NCBI GenBank assembly: GCA_007376535.1
Contig: VMGK01000005.1
Coordinates: 2,085 to 66,084, forward strand
Direction: 5' to 3'
From: Candidatus Berkelbacteria bacterium Licking1014_7
GTDB lineage: Bacteria > Patescibacteriota > UBA1384 > GWA2-35-9 > CG2-30-39-44
Length of the DNA: 64,000 nucleotides
The translations under genes were made by a program, and so were the position numbers. Below are positions 48,355 through 58,004 of this stretch, one piece after another. The number at the start of each line of letters is the position of its first letter. Positions within the stretch are counted from its first letter, which is position 1. The notes below the pieces were generated by a model. The model was not told the DNA's origin. It searched no databases and was given only the letters and a program-made list of their open reading frames with translations.

Positions 48355-48579
48355 GTGATGGATGTGGAGGTGCCGAAAGAGACAATTAGCACGTTATGTA
48401 GAACGATAGCCGAGTTATTTCAGAAGAATAGGGAATTGAATCTTAGTTTGAGGCGAGAAAAAGCCGAAAAGCAAGTGCTACGAGAGCAACTGTGGGCGAA
48501 GAAAATAGAAACTGGCCAAGACGAACTTTTGGAATATTTGGCAAAACAGATTGACAAGGAGGAAGGACGCGATGGGTAG
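48355..48579 (+). CDS. Small coiled-coil hypothetical protein
   Basis: Heptad-rich ORF in a compositionally distinct segment. Weak evidence only. Confidence 0.3.
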   Translation: MMDVEVPKETISTLCRTIAELFQKNRELNLSLRREKAEKQVLREQLWAKKIETGQDELLEYLAKQIDKEEGRDG

Positions 48580-48808
48580 AGAGGAAGAGCCATATAAAAC
48601 AATTGATGAGTTGCTTAATGATATTAGTGAGTTGAAATCGAGTTTAAAACGAGTAACAACCGAAAAACGAGCATCGGAAAAATCGTTGCTATCGGCGCAA
48701 GCAAGAATTATAGAATTGGAAGAGCAATTGCAAAAAACGCAGGCAATAATTGGTGCCCGTGAAAGAAAATCCAAGAAAGTACTAAATGAACTTAAGGTAG
48801 CACTCTAG
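48551..48808 (+). CDS. Small coiled-coil hypothetical protein
   Basis: Overlaps the upstream ORF. Heptad-rich. Confidence 0.3.
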   Translation: MTRRKDAMGREEEPYKTIDELLNDISELKSSLKRVTTEKRASEKSLLSAQARIIELEEQLQKTQAIIGARERKSKKVLNELKVAL

Positions 48809-49417
48809 ATAACATGAGAGGATGGACTAACCGAATCTGAGGTAGTAGACAACCTTATAGAGATTTTAACAGGAAAAGAGGAAGAAGAAAGAGTGATAGC
48901 AAGAATACCGGAACCTGCAGCAGAAGCGCTAATTGAAGATTTAGGTTTGCCAGATGGAGGTCTGAAATGACATTAAAAGCAGTCCGGGCAGATGAAATCA
49001 CCAGGCCCAAAAAGCCAAAATCCGAAAAACCGCTAACTTGCTGAGAGGTAGAACATACTTTATATTATGATTTGACCATTGAGGATTGTGATAATGTAGG
49101 GTTGCATCAGCATTTATCCAGATGTCCAGGTTGTTTGAAAATGTTGCTTCAATTGCGGGCGGACAGATTACTACATCGCGGGAGAGTAGAAAAACCTGAA
49201 TACGTTTGATCGTTATTTCAATAGCAGTTATTTCGTGGGGCGGGAGCGTTCAAAGACGTCTCGCCTTTTTTTATATTGTGAATGAGTGTGGTATAATGTA
49301 ATTAAATCAAAAGTCAAAAGTCAAAAATTAAAAATCAAAATGGCCCCGAACAATCCCGGCGGTAGCGGGATATACGGGGCAGGCAAATTTCAAAATGTAA
49401 AAAATGTAAAAAAAATT

Positions 49418-49846
49418 ATGGCGCAAGCAATATTAGATAAATCAGGGGGTAAAGAGAGTAAAGACGGCGCAAATTCAGTAACAGAACGGGAAAATGTAAC
49501 CGGTGCAACCGACGCGCAAGGTGAAAAAATAACCACAGCAACAGAAGCGAATTTATCGCAAACAGAAACAATAGTAGATAAAGATGTGACAGAAACACCA
49601 GTAATCGCTGGAAAAACCGAAACCGCGTCAGCGCCTGACGCAACAGTTGAAGTGGGCAATTTGCCAGAAGCGCCAAGCCAAAGCCAACCCGGCGCAGAAG
49701 AAAAAGTGATATTGACAGATACAACGGTCTATCCGGGTAGTAAGGAAAATTTAGCGGATGCTCATATTGCAGATGATTTTGTAAAAAGATTGTTAGCATT
49801 AAAAGAAGCCAACGAAAATCAAGGAGATGGGACAGAACAAGTTTAA
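49418..49846 (+). CDS. Acidic Thr/Glu-rich low-complexity protein preceding the first VirD4-like ATPase
   Basis: ORF-track start at 49286 runs through AT-rich tandem repeats and a REP hairpin. First plausible ATG is at 49418. Confidence 0.35.
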   Translation: MAQAILDKSGGKESKDGANSVTERENVTGATDAQGEKITTATEANLSQTETIVDKDVTETPVIAGKTETASAPDATVEVGNLPEAPSQSQPGAEEKVILTDTTVYPGSKENLADAHIADDFVKRLLALKEANENQGDGTEQV

Positions 49847-49980
49847 TCTCAAATCTCAAAATTCAAAATGACAATGTAAAATTCAAAATGATTTTGCATT
49901 TTGGATTATATTAAGCGATTTTTTCCCGCACTGCGATACGGGCGGGAATGCCAAGGCGGGGGAGTGTTAACAAAATTAAG

Positions 49981-52461
49981 ATGATTTTTATAATAATTTT
50001 CGGGATATTGATCTTGGTCTTTGGTATAGGACTGATAATTTTTAGTTTGCAAAAAGAAGCGGCGCGCAAAAAACGGATTTTATCAACAGTTACTTTGCAA
50101 ATTACTGTTCCCAAAGAATCAACCCGCCGCGACGATCAAGACACTAGCAACGAACCAAAGGATTTTCGCGAGGCGATCGCGCCGACCGATCAATTTTTTT
50201 CTTCGCTTTCCTCGCTTTTTAACCGCGACTTTCGCCGCCAAATACTATCTGATCAAGATTATTTATCATTTGAAATTGTCTCGTATAAAAATGAAATTTC
50301 TTTTTACATTGCCTGCCCTAAGGATTTGATGAGTTTGGTTGAAAAACAGGTCAATTCGTATTATCCTTATGCTAATATTGAGCGGGTGCGCGGTCATAAT
50401 ATTTTTGCCATTGGCAATGGCAAGGTTTCAGCCAGTAACATTAAACTAGTCAAAAGATTTATTTTCCCAATAAAAACCTATCGCTATTTGGATTCTGATC
50501 CATTGAACAATTTGACTAACGCGCTTTCTAAAATGGGACAAAACGCGTCCGGCGCAATTCAGTTTTTGATTAAACCGATTTCAAATAACTGGCGGATGGC
50601 GCCAACGTCTGCCGCCAAGCAAGTGATGGAAGGAAAAAATACTTATATGTATTCAAAATGGTGGCAAAAGGCGCTGAGTAATTTTTGGGAAGGAACTTCA
50701 AAAAGCGCTTCGCGCGCCGCCACACTGCCCGGTCAAACCATGCAAACCGACAGCCAAGGCAATCAGATGTATCGCCACACCCCGGCGCAGGAAGAATTGA
50801 TGAAAGCGTTTAATGAAAAAGCCGCTAAGCCCGGTTTTGCGGTTGAAGCGCGGGTGGTGGCAGTTGCGCAGGATGAACAATCTGTTAAAATGCTTAAAAA
50901 TAATATTGTGAGCGCCTTTGCTCAATTTAACGCGCCGGCGTGGAATAGTTTCAGAACCTCTTCGGCTGAGCAAAAGCAAATTATTTTGGACTATATTACT
51001 CGTAATTTTAATAAGGGAAATGTGCTCAATTCTGAGGAGGTGGCGTCGCTTTGGCATTTGCCAAATAAATTTATCCAGACGCCGAATATCAAATGGTTGC
51101 AATCGCGCACTTTGCCCGCGCCCACCAATTTGCCAGAACAGGGTGTAGTGATAGGAAAAAGCGTTTATCGCGGCGAGGAAAAGTTGATTCGTTTTAAGGA
51201 CGATGATCGACGCCGTCATTTGTTTATGATTGGTAAAACCGGTGTTGGTAAAACCACTTTATTTGAAAATATGATTATGCAAGACATTTCTCAGGGCAAA
51301 GGGGTTTGTTTTGTTGATCCATTGGGCGATGCGATTGAATCAATTCTGCAAAAAATTCCCACTCATCGCGCCCGCGATGTGATTGTTTTTGATCCGTCTG
51401 ACACTGATTATCCGCTGGGACTTAATTTGCTTAATTGGGAAAAACCAGAAGAAAAGGATTTTTTAGTGTCTGAATGGTTGGAAATTTTCTACAAACTTTT
51501 TGATCCGGGTCGCACTGGTATAGTGGGACCGCAGTTTGAGCATTGGGGGAGAAATGCCGCGCTTTCAGTTATGAGTTTGCCTGAAGGCGGGACTTTGATT
51601 GATATTCCCCGCATGTTCACTGATGATGATTTTCGGGACAGAGTGATTGCGAATGTAAAAGATCCGGTCGTTCTGGCTTTCTGGCAAAAGCAATTAGTGA
51701 AAACCGCTGATTTTCATAAGTCAGAAATGTTTAATTATTTTATTTCTAAATTTGGACGGTTTATGACCAATGATTTGATGCGTAATATTATCGGTCAGGC
51801 GCGATCTACGTTTAATTTTCGACAGGTGATGGATGAGGGGAAGATTTTACTGATTAATTTGTCAAAGGGAAAAATCGGCGAGATGAATTCCAATCTTTTA
51901 GGTATGATTTTAGTGTCAAAAATTCAGGCGGGGGCATTCTCGCGCGCAGACATTAGCGAAGAAAACCGACGGGATTTTTACCTTTATGTTGACGAGTTTC
52001 AAAATTTTACCACTGATACATTTGCGACAATTTTGTCTGAAGCCAGAAAATACCGCTTAAATTTGAATATTACCAATCAGTACATTGCTCAATTAACAGA
52101 GAAAATTCGCGACGCGGTGATTGGCAATGCCGGCACATTGGTGGTCTATCGGATTGGCGCGGCTGACGGTGAATTTATGTCAAAAGAATTTCCCGGGGCA
52201 ACGATTGACGATATGGTTAATTTAGATAGATTTAAGACATATGTTAAATTGTTGATTGATTTGACGCCTTCAAAACCGTTTTCTATGCTGGGCATAAAAA
52301 CGAATTATCCTTCAAATCCACAAATGTCAGAGTGGATAAAACAGAATAGCCGGGCGCTTCACAGCCGGGCAAAGACGCAAGTTGAAAAAGAAATCGGCGG
52401 ACGCGGCGGCTTGACTGCGCCGCCGGCGCCCGAGCCAACCGAGGCGCTTCGCCAAACGTAG
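49981..52461 (+). CDS. Membrane-anchored VirD4/TraG-like (type IV coupling-protein-like, FtsK/HerA superfamily) P-loop ATPase, paralog 1
   Basis: N-terminal TM; Walker A FMIGKTGVGKTT; Walker B FYLYVDEFQNF; ARKYRLNL and TNQYIAQL (Arg-finger and sensor-like). Start could also be 49948. Confidence 0.65.
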   Translation: MIFIIIFGILILVFGIGLIIFSLQKEAARKKRILSTVTLQITVPKESTRRDDQDTSNEPKDFREAIAPTDQFFSSLSSLFNRDFRRQILSDQDYLSFEIVSYKNEISFYIACPKDLMSLVEKQVNSYYPYANIERVRGHNIFAIGNGKVSASNIKLVKRFIFPIKTYRYLDSDPLNNLTNALSKMGQNASGAIQFLIKPISNNWRMAPTSAAKQVMEGKNTYMYSKWWQKALSNFWEGTSKSASRAATLPGQTMQTDSQGNQMYRHTPAQEELMKAFNEKAAKPGFAVEARVVAVAQDEQSVKMLKNNIVSAFAQFNAPAWNSFRTSSAEQKQIILDYITRNFNKGNVLNSEEVASLWHLPNKFIQTPNIKWLQSRTLPAPTNLPEQGVVIGKSVYRGEEKLIRFKDDDRRRHLFMIGKTGVGKTTLFENMIMQDISQGKGVCFVDPLGDAIESILQKIPTHRARDVIVFDPSDTDYPLGLNLLNWEKPEEKDFLVSEWLEIFYKLFDPGRTGIVGPQFEHWGRNAALSVMSLPEGGTLIDIPRMFTDDDFRDRVIANVKDPVVLAFWQKQLVKTADFHKSEMFNYFISKFGRFMTNDLMRNIIGQARSTFNFRQVMDEGKILLINLSKGKIGEMNSNLLGMILVSKIQAGAFSRADISEENRRDFYLYVDEFQNFTTDTFATILSEARKYRLNLNITNQYIAQLTEKIRDAVIGNAGTLVVYRIGAADGEFMSKEFPGATIDDMVNLDRFKTYVKLLIDLTPSKPFSMLGIKTNYPSNPQMSEWIKQNSRALHSRAKTQVEKEIGGRGGLTAPPAPEPTEALRQT

Positions 52462-52641
52462 ATAAATCAAATATCAAAAATTAAAAATCAAAATGACATA
52501 TCAAAAATTAAAAATATTTTTACATTTTAATATTTGTTTTTGATATTTGATATTTGATATTTGATTTATTAATAATAGGGAAAATAATTTCCACCATTGT
52601 TGATTAAAAATAATACAACAAAAACCTAAAATAATAATTTT

Positions 52642-53169
52642 ATGAAAAGTTTAGACGAAAAAGAACAAAAGTTGGCGCAAGAGTTTGAAAAAATGTTTTC
52701 TCATTTGGACTGCGCCATCTCGGCATTATCTGATTTGAAATCCGAGCTTTTTGAAATATACCAAAGTGAATTTTCTGTTCCGTCGGGCGCTAAACCAATT
52801 GATCAAAAAAATTTTATCGGTGTTTTTGACGGCAGATGCTTGAAGAGCGCGGATAAATTATTTCCGGTGCCAGAAAATTATATTTCAAAATCAAAAATTG
52901 TTGAGGGCGATAAATTAAAACTTACAATTGAGGCAGACGGAAGTTTTATTTTCAAACAGATTGACAGAGTAGAAAGAAAGAAACAAATAGGAAAAATTAT
53001 CGAAATTTCTGGAAAATATATGGCGCAAGTTAAAAAACGGCTTTATAAGGTTTTGCCTGCTGGCGTAAAATTTCATAAACCGTTGGTTGGCGATTTTGTG
53101 ACCATTGTTTTGCCGCGCGAGGGCGAAGCCAAGTGGGCGGTGATTGAAAATAAAATCGATAAAAATTAA
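52642..53169 (+). CDS. Hypothetical protein immediately upstream of the second ATPase (3-nt spacing)
   Basis: 175-aa ORF with the stop 2 nt before the next start. Possible OB-fold-like C-terminus. No confident family. Confidence 0.45.
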   Translation: MKSLDEKEQKLAQEFEKMFSHLDCAISALSDLKSELFEIYQSEFSVPSGAKPIDQKNFIGVFDGRCLKSADKLFPVPENYISKSKIVEGDKLKLTIEADGSFIFKQIDRVERKKQIGKIIEISGKYMAQVKKRLYKVLPAGVKFHKPLVGDFVTIVLPREGEAKWAVIENKIDKN

Positions 53170-53171
53170 AT

Positions 53172-56096
53172 ATGTTAGCCATAATAATTTTATTGGGTTG
53201 CATTTTGCTGGCGATAATCATCGGGATAATTTTGCTGATTATAAGAATGCAAAAAGAGGAGAATAATCTGGAAAATTTTGTTGACGAGCAATATGTTTTA
53301 CTCGAGATTCTGGTGCCCAGAAATAATGAAAAAGGACCTCCTCACTCTGAAAGTATGTTTGCCGCCTTGCATGGAATTTTTGATCCCGGCAAGAATTATC
53401 AAGATCATATTAGTTTTGAAATTACCTCAAAAAATAAATATATTTTATTTTATTGTTGGGCGCCAGAACGACTAAAGGACTTTGTTGAAGGGCAGATTTA
53501 CGCGCAGTATCCCACAGTTGAAATTCGCGAGGCGCCAGAGGATTATTCGCTAAATTTAAATGCTAACTTAAAATTTGCCGGCACTACTTTAGAGTTAAAT
53601 AAAAGTGATGTTTTCCCGATAAAAACCTTTCCCAATTTTGAAGTTGATCCGCTGGCGTCGATTACCAGTGTTTTGTCAAAGGTCTCTGGCGATCAGCAGG
53701 TTTGGATTCAACTATTGGTCCGTCCGGTTTCAGATGATTGGCGACAAAAGGGCATTAGTTATGTGCGAGCGATAAAAGCCGGAGAAAGTGTTGAAAAACC
53801 ATCGCTTTCTTCACGGATTATCTTGGGGGCGTTTGATTTTACTAAGGAAGTGGTTAAAACCGCTACTACTGTGACTCCCCAAGAATCAGGAGCAGGGGAG
53901 AGTGAGCCGCCCAAACTTTCCGGACCTGAGGAAGAAGCGCTGAGCGCCATTGAGCAAAAGGTGGTTAAACTTGGTTTTGAAGCAAAAATCAGAATAGTTG
54001 CTTCGGCTGAAAACGAGGTGCAAGCGCGCAGTAAATTGCAAAATGCGGTCTCGGCGTTTAAGCAATTTAACGCGACTAACATTAATGGTTTTGTTGCCAA
54101 AGAGATTTTGACTAATCAGGATATTTTAGAAAAATATCAGCAAAGATCTTTTCAGAAAGATGGCTATATTTTAAATATTGAAGAATTGGCGTCAATTTTC
54201 CATTTGCCGCATATTACTGTGGAAACGCCGTCAATTGCTTGGGCAGGCGCTAAAAAGGGAGAGCCGCCCAGCAATTTGCCGATTGCGGGCACAGTTGACG
54301 ATATTGATTTGACTCTATTTGGCCGGACAAATTTTAGGCATTTTAATCAAAAATTTGGGATTAAATCGCGCGACCGGCGCTTGCACTTTTACGCGATTGG
54401 CAAAACCGGCACCGGAAAAACAACGATGTTGGAAAATATGATTATTGATGATATAGAAGAGGGGAGAGGGCTGGCGGTAGTGGATCCGCATGGAGATTTG
54501 ATTGAGCATATTTTAAATTTCATACCCGAAAAAAGAATCCAAGATGTGATATATTTTGCTCCGCACGATAGGCAATTTCCGATTGGATTTAATATTTTAG
54601 AGAAAGTTGATGATGATTTGAAATCAATTGTTGCTTCTGGCGTGGTCGGGGTTTTCAAAAAAATTTTTGGCGAGTCCTGGGGTCCCCGATTAGAGTATAT
54701 ACTAAGAAATACGGTTTTATCGCTTTTGGACTTGGATGATGCCACTATGCTGGGAATAACCCGGGTTTTGGTTGATAAGGCCTATCGAAAAAAAATGGTA
54801 GATAAAATCAAGGATCCGGTAATTAAGGATTTCTGGGTGAGTGAATATGAGCAATACGATGCAAAATTTCGCACTGAGGCAGTCGCGCCCATTCAAAATA
54901 AGGTTGGTCAGTTTTTGTCTACTTCTACCATTCGCAATATTGTTGGACAGTCAAAATCAACCATTGACATTCGTGAAATAATGGACAATAAGCGAATTTT
55001 TTTGATTGATTTGGCAGTCGGTAAAGTCGGGGAGGATGTGTCGTCTCTTCTTGGCGCGATGATGATTACAAAAATCCAGTTGGCTGCGATGCAAAGAGCC
55101 AATGTTCCAGAAGATGAGCGGATAGATTTTTATCTTTATGTGGACGAGTTTCAAAATTTTGCGACTGAAAGCTTTGCGACAATTTTATCCGAAGCGCGCA
55201 AATATCATTTGAATTTGATAATGACCAATCAATATATTGCCCAGATGCCAGAAGTGGTGCGCGACGCGGTTTTTGGCAACATTGGTTCTTTGGTGAGTTT
55301 TCGGGTTGGCGCAACTGACGCGGATTTTTTACAGAAAGAGTTTGAACCGGTTTTTGACGCTAATGATTTGGTAAATATGGATAATTATGATATCTATGTA
55401 AAAATGGCGATTGACGGTGTTACTTCAAATGCATTTTCAGCGCAGACCCTGCCGCCTAAAACCAAAAGATTTGGACACCGCGATCAAATTATTGATTTTT
55501 CACGCCATCGCTACAGCCAGAGTAGGGAAGAGATAGAGGAAAAAATTCAGCAATGGTCAAATGCGCTCGCTCAAGAAAATATTGAAACCCACAAAAAAGA
55601 TACGGTTATCGGGCAGGAAAGATCCGAAAAAATTAAGAACTTAGGGTATCGTAAAATTAAAAGTTTAACGGGAAATGATTGGTATGTTAGAGAAAATCAA
55701 AAATCAAAAATCAGAAATCAAATAGAAAATGTCAGTCAAGATAAAGCTCCATTTGCAAAAATCCCCGAAAGCTTGCGCCATCCGCCCCTGGCGGAAGCGG
55801 AGCAATACGGGGCAGGCACCCGATTAGATAACTTTGTATCTAACGGGGCAGGCAAAAATCAAATAGAATTAGAATCAAAATCTAAAGATGAGAGTAATCA
55901 TAGCAGTGATGATAGTAGTGCAACAGAATCAAAATATCAGGATGTTAGCCAAGATAAAAACGAGCCAGCCAAACCCAAAATTCCCCCCAGATATAGTATA
56001 TACTCTAAAAAACCAAAGAATTATGCGAAAGTTGACAAAAGTTTTTTTGATTTGAATAGGTTCAATAAAAAAGAGGATACTAAAAGTCGCCGGTGA
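53172..56096 (+). CDS. Membrane-anchored VirD4/TraG-like P-loop ATPase, paralog 2, with a C-terminal low-complexity tail
   Basis: N-terminal TM; Walker A FYAIGKTGTGKTT; Walker B FYLYVDEFQNF; ARKYHLNL and TNQYIAQM. Collinear with paralog 1 over about 750 aa. Confidence 0.65.
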   Translation: MLAIIILLGCILLAIIIGIILLIIRMQKEENNLENFVDEQYVLLEILVPRNNEKGPPHSESMFAALHGIFDPGKNYQDHISFEITSKNKYILFYCWAPERLKDFVEGQIYAQYPTVEIREAPEDYSLNLNANLKFAGTTLELNKSDVFPIKTFPNFEVDPLASITSVLSKVSGDQQVWIQLLVRPVSDDWRQKGISYVRAIKAGESVEKPSLSSRIILGAFDFTKEVVKTATTVTPQESGAGESEPPKLSGPEEEALSAIEQKVVKLGFEAKIRIVASAENEVQARSKLQNAVSAFKQFNATNINGFVAKEILTNQDILEKYQQRSFQKDGYILNIEELASIFHLPHITVETPSIAWAGAKKGEPPSNLPIAGTVDDIDLTLFGRTNFRHFNQKFGIKSRDRRLHFYAIGKTGTGKTTMLENMIIDDIEEGRGLAVVDPHGDLIEHILNFIPEKRIQDVIYFAPHDRQFPIGFNILEKVDDDLKSIVASGVVGVFKKIFGESWGPRLEYILRNTVLSLLDLDDATMLGITRVLVDKAYRKKMVDKIKDPVIKDFWVSEYEQYDAKFRTEAVAPIQNKVGQFLSTSTIRNIVGQSKSTIDIREIMDNKRIFLIDLAVGKVGEDVSSLLGAMMITKIQLAAMQRANVPEDERIDFYLYVDEFQNFATESFATILSEARKYHLNLIMTNQYIAQMPEVVRDAVFGNIGSLVSFRVGATDADFLQKEFEPVFDANDLVNMDNYDIYVKMAIDGVTSNAFSAQTLPPKTKRFGHRDQIIDFSRHRYSQSREEIEEKIQQWSNALAQENIETHKKDTVIGQERSEKIKNLGYRKIKSLTGNDWYVRENQKSKIRNQIENVSQDKAPFAKIPESLRHPPLAEAEQYGAGTRLDNFVSNGAGKNQIELESKSKDESNHSSDDSSATESKYQDVSQDKNEPAKPKIPPRYSIYSKKPKNYAKVDKSFFDLNRFNKKEDTKSRR

Positions 56097-56468
56097 AGAA
56101 TCTTCTGATGAGTCAGAAGAAACCGGATTTTAAGCGGGGGAGTGGTTTTCGGGGGAGTGGTCAAATTTAGACCATAAATAATAAACAATAGATAATAATG
56201 TCGGGAGCGCGGAAGGACTGAGCAGGGCAAAATGCAATTTTTAAAAATTTTGAACTAATAATTTTTTTAATAAAAAAAATTATAAAAAAAATCAGAAAAC
56301 GTGTCTAACCTCAAAATGTCGTAAAATATACATTGTGCGACGATATATTAAAAACATCAGGGAACGCATCCGTTACAATATTCCGTTACAATATTTCGTC
56401 CTCGCCTTCCCGAACATCCTCGCTATCGCTCGGATTACGGGACAAGCGCTCTCGGCTGCCTGCCCCGT

Positions 56469-56882
56469 TTATAATTGTTTCTCTCTAATCTCTTCCTCAA
56501 TTCTCTTTTTGCCCAATATATTAGATAATAGCCAATATCTGATAGTTCCGATGTTGGCGAAAATTCTCAATGTAAAGACGATTATCACCGCCAAATATAA
56601 ATCCAAACTCAATTTGTCTCCCAAGTAAGTAATAGCGACAGCCAGTATCATATTAAAAATTAAACCAGAGACAAAAATTGAATGATTATATTTATGTTGC
56701 AAGTCCGCGCGCATCGCGCCGAATATTGAGTCCAGTATGCCTAAGATTCCAATGGCGGTATAGCGCGTAAATTCAATCGGTATTTCGTAAGGCAGCCACA
56801 CGCCCAGCGCAATTCCGATTATAAGACCAAATAATGCAAACCACATAAATGCTCCTTTCGTCGCATAAATTCCAAATTCCAA
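56469..56882 (-). CDS. Small basic protein (DUF1290/Sbp-like)
   Basis: Two TM helices and ILDSIFGAMRA ... YLGDKLSLDLYLA, as in Sbp/YlxX. Confidence 0.55.
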   Translation of the reverse strand: MEFGIYATKGAFMWFALFGLIIGIALGVWLPYEIPIEFTRYTAIGILGILDSIFGAMRADLQHKYNHSIFVSGLIFNMILAVAITYLGDKLSLDLYLAVIIVFTLRIFANIGTIRYWLLSNILGKKRIEEEIREKQL

Positions 56883-57110
56883 ATTTCAAATCTTTAATTT
56901 GAAAATTAGAATTTTTAAATTGTTTATAATTTGTTACTTATGATTTGTTATTTATTTGACTTTCGTGGTCAAATTAACAGGCTAAAACGCTCAAAATTGC
57001 GCTCTCAAGCGTTTTTTACATTATAGCCGACTCTTTGTATATCCGCAAGCGTTTTTTAATAATTTTTAATTTTTCAAATATTCTAAAATCTAAAATCCAG
57101 TTTCTAAATT

Positions 57111-58004
57111 CTATTTTCTATGCCAGAAAACTAAAATGGGAGTGGCAATAAAAATTGACGAATATGTGCCAGTAATCATGCCAATCAGCATGGCTACAAT
57201 AAATGGCTGAATGGTATTTCCGCCCAAAGTTAACATTACTATCAATACCAAAATAATTGTTAGCGAGGTATTAAGCGATCTGCCCATTGTTTGAACTAAA
57301 CTGTAATTAGCGACCGATTCAATATCGAGACCTGAATAGGGTGAATTGCTGTGAAAATTTTCCCGAATTCTGTCAAAAACAACGATGGTGTCGTGAACGC
57401 TGAAGCCCAAAATTGTAAGCAGAGCGGTGATAAACATTGAATCAATTTCATAACCCCAAAAATGACTCAGGATGCTAAAAGCGCCCAAGACAATCAGTAG
57501 ATCGTGCACTAACGCGATTATCGCGCTTATACCAAATTTCCAGGGCGATAAAAATTTAGGCAGGCGGCGAAACGCCAAAGCAATATAAAAAATTATGGCA
57601 AACATTGCTAAAATTATGGCAAAAATTGATTTTTGGCGCAAATTCTGCGAAACTGTTGGTCCGACTGTTTCAAATCTTCTTTCCTCGCTCTCCCCTACTT
57701 TGTTTTTAATGGCATTAATTATTTCATTTTTTTTGTTTTCGTCTATTTCTTTCATTTTCAAAACCCAACCCCCCTCCCCTATTTGGTATATACTTAGGTT
57801 TTCTATATTTTTGTCGGCAAGGGCTTGTTTAATTTTGTCATTGGAAAAATTAGTGTTTTGTTTGGTTTCAATTTCAATAATTGATCCGCCGACAAAATCA
57901 ATTCCCAGACGCAATTTGAAAATCAACAGAGAAATAATCCCAGTCAAAATTATTATTCCGGATATCGCTAAATACCAAATTTTTTTTCTACCGAGAAGAT
58001 TCAT
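57111..58004 (-). CDS. secF: Protein translocase subunit SecF
   Basis: GIDFVGGS and six-TM SecF architecture. 4-nt overlap with secD. Confidence 0.85.
   Translation of the reverse strand: MNLLGRKKIWYLAISGIIILTGIISLLIFKLRLGIDFVGGSIIEIETKQNTNFSNDKIKQALADKNIENLSIYQIGEGGWVLKMKEIDENKKNEIINAIKNKVGESEERRFETVGPTVSQNLRQKSIFAIILAMFAIIFYIALAFRRLPKFLSPWKFGISAIIALVHDLLIVLGAFSILSHFWGYEIDSMFITALLTILGFSVHDTIVVFDRIRENFHSNSPYSGLDIESVANYSLVQTMGRSLNTSLTIILVLIVMLTLGGNTIQPFIVAMLIGMITGTYSSIFIATPILVFWHRK

Noticed and set aside
49286-49417. Upstream part of the ORF-track protein 49286..49846
   Set aside because: It is encoded by (TCAAAAG)n-type tandem repeats and a REP hairpin (TACGGGGCAGGCAA). A start at 49418 is more plausible.
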